From positions 330,001-362,000 of the forward strand of contig CP095464.1 in NCBI GenBank assembly GCA_021294815.2: 32,000 nucleotides of DNA, written 5' to 3'. The translations under genes and the position numbers were made by a program. Of the stretch, positions 26,328 to 32,000 are shown in pieces. The notes below the pieces were generated by a model. The model did no database searches. It saw nothing but the letters and a program-made list of their open reading frames with translations, and was not told the origin of the DNA. The stretch is from Verrucomicrobiota bacterium. GTDB lineage: Bacteria > Verrucomicrobiota > Verrucomicrobiia > Opitutales > LL51. Position 1 is the stretch's first letter; each line of letters starts with the position of its first letter.

Positions 26328-26900
26328 ATGGGACTTTCACCGATTCATGTTATCGATTTTGAGGGAAACCTCCAATATGGCATCGTCGAATTCGGGGCCG
26401 CAACTCTAAAAGATAACAAAATTCAGGGCGTTACCGGCGCGCTCTGTCGGCCCATCGAAAATAGCGCTCGTGTTCAATGGCATTCGCGATTTCCCGATAA
26501 TGAAAACGAAGCGTCATTCCGCACCTATTTGCCACTCTTTGTAGATCGACGAAAAAGTGGATACTTCGCTGCCCACCATGCGGTGACCGAAGATCGCCTA
26601 CTCCGGTGCTATCAACCCTTTCCTGGCATTCAATCTGGTGATACCCTTACCTGGGGCCCATGGATTGATACACTTAAACTGTACAAATCTTACATCCGAG
26701 GCTTGCGTAGCTATAAAGTCGGCGATTTAATTCGCCATTTTCAGTTACAACCAGAGCTCGATGCTCATATGCGAGCGACTTCTTTCGCTGCTGATCAATT
26801 CCATCGCGCAGTCTACGATGCTATTGCGACTGCTGTGCTGCTCAAACACTTCATCGCACTCTTTCGTGTTACAGATGACATTTTTCTACTCAAGGCCTAA
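26328..26900 (+). CDS. DEDDh-family 3'-5' exonuclease (DnaQ/RNase T-like)
   Basis: Exo I VIDFEG, Exo II-like AAHHAVTEDRLL, Exo III HRAVYDA. The protein is 190 aa and starts 2 nt after the cca stop. Confidence 0.72.
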   Translation: MGLSPIHVIDFEGNLQYGIVEFGAATLKDNKIQGVTGALCRPIENSARVQWHSRFPDNENEASFRTYLPLFVDRRKSGYFAAHHAVTEDRLLRCYQPFPGIQSGDTLTWGPWIDTLKLYKSYIRGLRSYKVGDLIRHFQLQPELDAHMRATSFAADQFHRAVYDAIATAVLLKHFIALFRVTDDIFLLKA

Positions 26901-26901
26901 C

Positions 26902-26925
26902 AAAAAAGCGCGCTCATGCGCGCGC
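26902..26925 (-). terminator. Rho-independent terminator after the GspG-like gene
   Basis: The minus strand reads GCGCGC-ATGA-GCGCGC followed by TTTTTTG, about 30 nt downstream of the stop at 26955. The plus strand has no T-tract, so it mainly serves the minus-strand gene. Confidence 0.7.
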
Positions 26926-26954
26926 CTCCTGCCTATGAAACAAGAAAAACAAAA

Positions 26955-27452
26955 TTAATTCGAGTGGAAACCAGCCACGATTTTGTGTCGATCGCTCGGG
27001 ATGGTACTGCCATCAGCCATATTACCTTTGTTGATCTCTTCGACTTGGGCACTCGTGTACACGCCAGCGCCTGGGTTCGCAAAGCCTAAATCCGTGATGT
27101 TCGCTTCCTCCGCAGGACCGTTATTGCAACTTGACCAAACCAAAATGTTGCTCTTTGAGTCAAGCGCTATACCGTAGGGATTATTCCATGGATCAAGAGG
27201 TTCCTTGCCGCCGAAAAATTCGGTCAGTGCGGCCATATCTTTGGGAGGTATTCCCTTTGTTGTCTTGTATGAGTAAATCGCATTGGCGACTGTCGATTGA
27301 CAAAATATCTTCGCCGCTCCTTCTTTACCGCTGTTTTGGATGCTTCCGAGCGAGCTCATCATCACACCCGCCAAGACGCCGATCAGCGCGATCACGATCA
27401 AGATCTCGACTAACGTCATACCTTTTTTCCCATTCGTCCTACGTATATCCAT
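26955..27452 (-). CDS. Type II secretion major pseudopilin GspG-like protein
   Basis: From the ATG at 27450-27452 (SD AAAGGAA): MDIRRTNGKKG/MTLVEILIVIALIGVLAGV (prepilin cleavage site G/M, E+5), plus the GspG-like motif LDPWNNPYG. The track start at 27467 is TTG. Confidence 0.8.
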   Translation of the reverse strand: MDIRRTNGKKGMTLVEILIVIALIGVLAGVMMSSLGSIQNSGKEGAAKIFCQSTVANAIYSYKTTKGIPPKDMAALTEFFGGKEPLDPWNNPYGIALDSKSNILVWSSCNNGPAEEANITDLGFANPGAGVYTSAQVEEINKGNMADGSTIPSDRHKIVAGFHSN

Positions 27453-27539
27453 AAATATTCCTTTCAACCTGCGGGCATTCTAGGCTATTCGGCGCCGGAA
27501 ACAAGTCTTTTTTACATTTTACAGGAAATTTCCTGCGTT

Positions 27540-29285
27540 CTAGATACGGATCACGTCGGGCGTAAAGGAAACTGACAACTTATATGTCTGCCCCGGATGC
27601 ATGATCAACGGATACGTCCGCGACAACTCCTGGAGGTAGTGGATTTTTCCGTAATATGTCCGATATTTAGGATCCTCTGCGACAGCCGCGACTTCCTGCC
27701 AGGTCAATAACATGTCATCATGTTCGACGACGGCTCGAAGGCTCTGTTCATCCAGAGCGAGATTATTCGCACCATACAGGGAATGCGGAGCACTGAGAGC
27801 GATCATGTAGCGGATATGTTCGACGCGAACCCGATTTTTTGGGGAAAACGTAAACTCCGACGTTACTTTGCCCTCGTTAAAGATCCACGACACTTTGCAC
27901 GACGCTAGGTTCGGAACAATCTCCTCCTCAACCGTAATTAACTCGGGTTGTTCGTAGGAAAAGACAATGCTACCATGGCTTCCAAGGCCCGTGGAAAGCT
28001 GCTTACCGTAGTACGACGGAATAAATTTCTTCCCATCAATCGTGAGCTCAGGCTGCAAAATCGGAAGATGCTGTGCAACGGGCCAGTCGAAAACTCCTGG
28101 ACAGTGCGGAAAGGCGAGACAATCGCTATTCGCTAAACCATTACCGCCAATCAAGGGCAATTGCAGGTCCATTCCGGTCTTCGTATCGCGATAGATGAAG
28201 AGTCCGTGTTCGTATTTCCCCTCTTTATTGAAAATAACCAGACGATTGCCGTTTTTAAACACCGGTACTCGACGGATTTTTGTAGTATCTAACGAGCTTT
28301 TTTTGGCTAGGCGTGACCACTGACATAGGTATCGGACGGCATCGAAATTCGCCCGGATACTACTTTGTTCTTCCCCAGAGGAGCGCTCCGCATCCCGAAT
28401 CACCATATAGCCCTGTTCTTGGTCGATATACCGACAAAAAAAGTTCTGAAAGAGATCGAGAACAATACTCACATAGAGCGCTTGCTGTGTCGACGGAATC
28501 CAGTTATCCCGAAGCGCCTGTAGTACCGCACTGATACAGTACATTTGCGCATACGCCCCACAGTTCGGACCATAGGCCCAGCAAGTTCCGTCTTCACGAA
28601 TCAGTTCTGAAATCAAGCGAAGATACTTTTCGGCATACGTTCTGAGACTCGGGAGTTTCTTTTCGATGAGAAACGTATCGGTATGGAGATGAAGCGCTTG
28701 ACGGATAAATGAAAAATTAAAGAGCCCGGAAATATCAAAATCGCCCCCAATCCCCTGCGTGCTACTGTCTACAAAACCGTTTGTCGCCTCGTAGCGCTCG
28801 AGGTATCGGTCGACGAGCTTTCCGATACTATCGCGTTTCGTCAGCCGTAGGCTGTAGCGTGCAACTGCCCGAGCAATCTCGTAGATTGCGTTATTTCGAC
28901 CGAGATCATCGTGCTGGAGTAATAAGTGATCAATTTTCTCACGTGTTTCCTCCGAAAGTTTCTCCCAAACGAGGTTACGTTCTTTCGCAGGCCCAAATGA
29001 TAACACCGCAAGCGCGACGTACCCCATTCCCTGCGGACTTTGTGGTCCCGATAGTTGGTAAGTAATCGTCTTTGCGGCGAGGTCGATGAGATCAAAACCG
29101 ACAAATTTCTTCTCATGCGTTAGCCGGTAATACTCGCCGAGTGCGAACGCGACGTGCGCCGATTCATCCCCTGTCTGCGGCTCGCCAGCGCCTAAACGAA
29201 TGCTTCCGTCCTCATCGATGTACTCCAAATTATGGCTCAGGATCGAACGAGCCACGTCCGCACACTGCTCAGCAAAATTTTGCAT
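27540..29285 (-). CDS. Hypothetical cytoplasmic protein, 581 aa (function unknown)
   Basis: A long uninterrupted ORF with no signal peptide. The N-terminal ~330 aa are helix-rich with recurring EDG(S/T) segments (IDEDGSIRLG, REDGTCWAYG), and the C-terminal ~250 aa look beta-rich. The gene starts 13 bp after the rho stop. I cannot assign a family. Confidence 0.72.
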   Translation of the reverse strand: MQNFAEQCADVARSILSHNLEYIDEDGSIRLGAGEPQTGDESAHVAFALGEYYRLTHEKKFVGFDLIDLAAKTITYQLSGPQSPQGMGYVALAVLSFGPAKERNLVWEKLSEETREKIDHLLLQHDDLGRNNAIYEIARAVARYSLRLTKRDSIGKLVDRYLERYEATNGFVDSSTQGIGGDFDISGLFNFSFIRQALHLHTDTFLIEKKLPSLRTYAEKYLRLISELIREDGTCWAYGPNCGAYAQMYCISAVLQALRDNWIPSTQQALYVSIVLDLFQNFFCRYIDQEQGYMVIRDAERSSGEEQSSIRANFDAVRYLCQWSRLAKKSSLDTTKIRRVPVFKNGNRLVIFNKEGKYEHGLFIYRDTKTGMDLQLPLIGGNGLANSDCLAFPHCPGVFDWPVAQHLPILQPELTIDGKKFIPSYYGKQLSTGLGSHGSIVFSYEQPELITVEEEIVPNLASCKVSWIFNEGKVTSEFTFSPKNRVRVEHIRYMIALSAPHSLYGANNLALDEQSLRAVVEHDDMLLTWQEVAAVAEDPKYRTYYGKIHYLQELSRTYPLIMHPGQTYKLSVSFTPDVIRI

Positions 29286-29298
29286 TCTTTGAAACGCT

Positions 29299-30471
29299 TT
29301 AACGGCTTAATGTCGTTTGCAACAAAAGCAAGAATTCTTTATTATTTTTTGTCTTTTGTAAGCGCGATACTAGCGATTCAATCGCTTCCTCCGGCTTCAT
29401 CCCCATAAACGCTCGGCGACAAATATTAATCGCTTTGAGTTCGTTTTCCGGTAACAAGAGTTCTTCTCGACGTGTTCCGGACTGCTGTAAATCGATTGCC
29501 GGGTAGATCCGCATATCCGCAGCTTTTTTATTGAGAACAATTTCCGCATTTCCTGTCCCCTTAAACTCTTGAAAAATAAGATCATCCATACGGCTACCCG
29601 TCTCTATGAGCGCGGTTGCGAGAATCGTCACACTCCCACGACCTTCTAAATTCCGTGCCGTCGAAAATAACATACGCGGTTTTTCTAGCGCTTTAATATC
29701 TACTCCGCCTGTCATCGTTCGACCACTAGAATATTGTCGGTTATACGCCCGGGCAAGGCGCGTGATCGAATCCATCAAAACAACCACATCTTTACCAATT
29801 TCCGCCAAACGTTTGGCACGCTCAATCGCAAGTTCAACAACCTGAATTTGGATAATTCGCAATTCGTCGTTCGACGAGGCATAGAGCTCCGCATCAACCG
29901 TACGCTGAAAATCCGTTACTTCCTCTGGACGTTCATCGACCAGTAACACCAATAATATACACTCTGGATTCTTTTTCCGAATCCCCGCCGCAATGTCATG
30001 CAAAAGTGTCGTCTTACCGGTTTTAGGTGGCGCAACAATCAGACCCCGTTGCCCATAACTGAGGGGCGCAAAAAGGTCAATGATCCGATGGCTTAGACGC
30101 TCTTCCTCATTTTCTAAGCTCAGTACGTGATTCGGAATCAGTGATGCTCGATCTTCAAACCGGGGGAGATTTTGTCGCATCGATGGATTTAGTCCGTCGA
30201 TCTGATCAATCGAAATTACCCGAGGACGCGCATTCGGATCGGTTGATTCGACGCGTTGCATCTTGCCATCAATCCACATCCCCCGACGTAAACGGTAACG
30301 CACAAGAAGATCATGGCTCACAATCGGGTCTTCGCGCTGAACCTTGCCGAACGATTTTTCGCCGATAATGTTGCCGAAGCGACCGTTCGGTTCGATTTCC
30401 AAAATACCCGCTACGGGGATTGGTTCACCGATGAGTTTCGGGGGCGCTGACCGTCTTACATCTTCCCTCAT
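29299..30471 (-). CDS. rho: Transcription termination factor Rho (N-terminally short form)
   Basis: The Walker A region QRGLIVAPPKTGKTTLL, LLVDERPEEV, LMDSITRLARAYN, TALIETGSRMDDLIFQEFKGTGN and PAIDLQQSGTRREELL align along E. coli Rho as I recall it. The protein starts directly at the cold-shock-like domain (AGILEIEPNGRFGNII). Confidence 0.93.
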   Translation of the reverse strand: MREDVRRSAPPKLIGEPIPVAGILEIEPNGRFGNIIGEKSFGKVQREDPIVSHDLLVRYRLRRGMWIDGKMQRVESTDPNARPRVISIDQIDGLNPSMRQNLPRFEDRASLIPNHVLSLENEEERLSHRIIDLFAPLSYGQRGLIVAPPKTGKTTLLHDIAAGIRKKNPECILLVLLVDERPEEVTDFQRTVDAELYASSNDELRIIQIQVVELAIERAKRLAEIGKDVVVLMDSITRLARAYNRQYSSGRTMTGGVDIKALEKPRMLFSTARNLEGRGSVTILATALIETGSRMDDLIFQEFKGTGNAEIVLNKKAADMRIYPAIDLQQSGTRREELLLPENELKAINICRRAFMGMKPEEAIESLVSRLQKTKNNKEFLLLLQTTLSR

Positions 30472-30509
30472 TACAGACCATCACAGTCGTAGAATCCCCG
30501 CCGTGCAAG

Positions 30510-31301
30510 CTAAAAATCGGCACAGAGTTTTCGAAGGTCGAGGATACTATGGCTAATTTTCCCTTTTAGCAACGCAGCCATATCGGTTCCCGGCTCAAAG
30601 GAAATTTCCGGATGACTCGGCATCTGAAATCGACAAACACCCTGATCATCCGGTTGTTTATAAAGCGGACCGTAGATCGGGCATACAGAACCCCGCATGA
30701 TATCACTCAAACGTGTATGCTCGACTTCCGTTTCTTCCGTCAAAGGATACGGGAAATTAATATTATGGACGACACATTCTTTGGATTTTACCGCCTCTTC
30801 CGCAAAAACCAAAGTTCGCTCGGCTGCGATTGCGATGCTTTTCATCAGGCCCGCATGGGACAAGAAATCGAACTTTTTTTGTAAAAATTGCCCATCCTGA
30901 TCCGGAAGGCTCTGCGAAACCGCAATAGATGAAATGCCCCAAGCAACACCTTCCAACGCCCCTCCAACGGTCCCCGAACTAAACACAACCGGAACAGAAA
31001 CATTCACGCCCCAATTGATCCCCGAAACAACGAGATCCGGTTGACGATCATGAATCAAATACGAAAGCGCGATATTAACACAATCTAAAGGTGTCCCCGA
31101 AATCATCCACGCGTCGCAATTAAGCTCTCGAAAAGACGTTACCTCAGGTGTCCGAGATAGCCCACAAGCACGACCGACACCACTCTGTTCCGTCGCCGGT
31201 GCCGCAATAAAAACTTCCCAACCGTGTCGCTGAAACGCCTGAGCTAGATGGTGTAGCGCCGCAGAATGAATGCTGTCGTCATTAGTTAAAAGAACTCGCA
31301 C
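30510..31301 (-). CDS. surE: 5'/3'-nucleotidase SurE
   Basis: MRVLLTNDDSIHSAAL, SGINWG and FSSGTVGGALEG are typical SurE motifs. The protein is 263 aa. Confidence 0.9.
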   Translation of the reverse strand: MRVLLTNDDSIHSAALHHLAQAFQRHGWEVFIAAPATEQSGVGRACGLSRTPEVTSFRELNCDAWMISGTPLDCVNIALSYLIHDRQPDLVVSGINWGVNVSVPVVFSSGTVGGALEGVAWGISSIAVSQSLPDQDGQFLQKKFDFLSHAGLMKSIAIAAERTLVFAEEAVKSKECVVHNINFPYPLTEETEVEHTRLSDIMRGSVCPIYGPLYKQPDDQGVCRFQMPSHPEISFEPGTDMAALLKGKISHSILDLRKLCADF

Positions 31302-31345
31302 AGCGGAACTGTATTACGGATGGGAAAAAACTCAAGCGAAGATCC

Positions 31346-32000
31346 CTAGGTCGACGATTTTAGGATTTTAATGAACGCATCCTGTGGAATCGAAACCTTA
31401 CCGATCTGTTTCATCTTTTTCTTCCCCTCCTTTTGCTTTTCCAACAGCTTACGTTTTCGCGTAATGTCACCACCGTAGCACTTCGCCGTAACATCTTTTC
31501 GGTATGCCCCCAGCGTTTCACGTGCAATAATCGTACTTCCAATCGCCGCCTGAATCGCGATCGCAAACATCTGTCGTGGGAGGATTTCCTTAAGCTTTTG
31601 GCAAAGTTCTCGCCCGCGCGTAACCGCTTTTTCTTTATGCACGATGAGTGAAAATGCATCAATTGCCTCGCCGTTGACTAAAAGGTCCATCTTCACGAGA
31701 TTCGAGGTTTGATAGCCCATCAGCTCATAGTCCATCGATCCATAGCCCTTCGTAATACTTTTTAGGCGATCATTAAAATCGACCAGCACCTCATTCAGCG
31801 GTAACTCACAGCATAACATCACACGATGTGCATCTACGGTATCGGTTCGCACACAAGTACCGCGTTTCTCTGCGACCAACATCAACATATCACCTATCGA
31901 TTCGTTAGGGATATGGATCATCGCACGGATCATCGGCTCCTGGATCGAAGCGATCGAGGACGGATCGGGCAAATGGAGAGGATTATCAACCACGAGCTCC
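31346..32000 (-). CDS. lepA: Elongation factor 4 (LepA), C-terminal part; the gene continues off the right edge
   Basis: The LepA-specific C-terminal domain ends ...AKCYGGDITRKRKLLEKQKEGKKKMKQIGKVSIPQDAFIKILK. The frame stays open through position 32000, and the M at 31993 in the track is an internal GTG. Confidence 0.93.
   Translation of the reverse strand, partial: ELVVDNPLHLPDPSSIASIQEPMIRAMIHIPNESIGDMLMLVAEKRGTCVRTDTVDAHRVMLCCELPLNEVLVDFNDRLKSITKGYGSMDYELMGYQTSNLVKMDLLVNGEAIDAFSLIVHKEKAVTRGRELCQKLKEILPRQMFAIAIQAAIGSTIIARETLGAYRKDVTAKCYGGDITRKRKLLEKQKEGKKKMKQIGKVSIPQDAFIKILKSST

Noticed and set aside
1-32000. A search for CRISPR arrays, IS elements or transposases, integrases, prophage genes, rRNA, reverse transcriptases and toxin-antitoxin pairs.
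   Set aside because: I saw no repeat-spacer periodicity, no terminal inverted repeats flanking an ORF, and none of the translated ORFs carry the corresponding motifs.

Overview
This is a 32 kb, densely coding bacterial chromosomal window with about 26 protein genes and 1 tRNA. GC looks to be in the high 40s percent by eye; I did not compute it.

Most genes are housekeeping genes I can recognise from the translations: mgtE (partial, left edge), lysS, miaB, tRNA-Arg(CCG), ispG, lpxD, rmuC, serS, rpoN, murF, acpS, hemW, rsmD, gmk, cca, a DEDDh exonuclease, rho, surE and lepA (partial, right edge).

Interspersed are envelope or exported-protein genes of unknown function:
- Two orphan prepilin-type pseudopilin genes, one with a DGHV C-terminal motif reminiscent of the DUF1559/H-X9-DG family and one GspG-like.
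- An AT-richer islet of three tandem orphan secreted-protein genes between lpxD and rmuC.
- A 1876-aa autotransporter.
- A lipoprotein with an Ig-like region.
- A 581-aa cytoplasmic protein of unknown function, placed 13 bp downstream of an N-terminally short rho.

The pseudopilin types tentatively suggest a PVC-superphylum organism (Verrucomicrobia, Lentisphaerae, Planctomycetes or Chlamydiae-like). This is inference only.

I saw no rRNA, CRISPR array, transposase, integrase, phage genes or reverse transcriptase.

The candidates most worth follow-up are:
- the three-gene secreted-protein islet, two of whose genes share a near-identical upstream block;
- the giant autotransporter;
- the rho(short-N) plus 581-aa pair;
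- the cca plus exonuclease pair.

None of these is demonstrably a new system from sequence alone. All functional calls rest on my recognition of motifs in the translations, with no database search. Several longest-ORF starts in the supplied track look too long, and I give the start I consider more likely.
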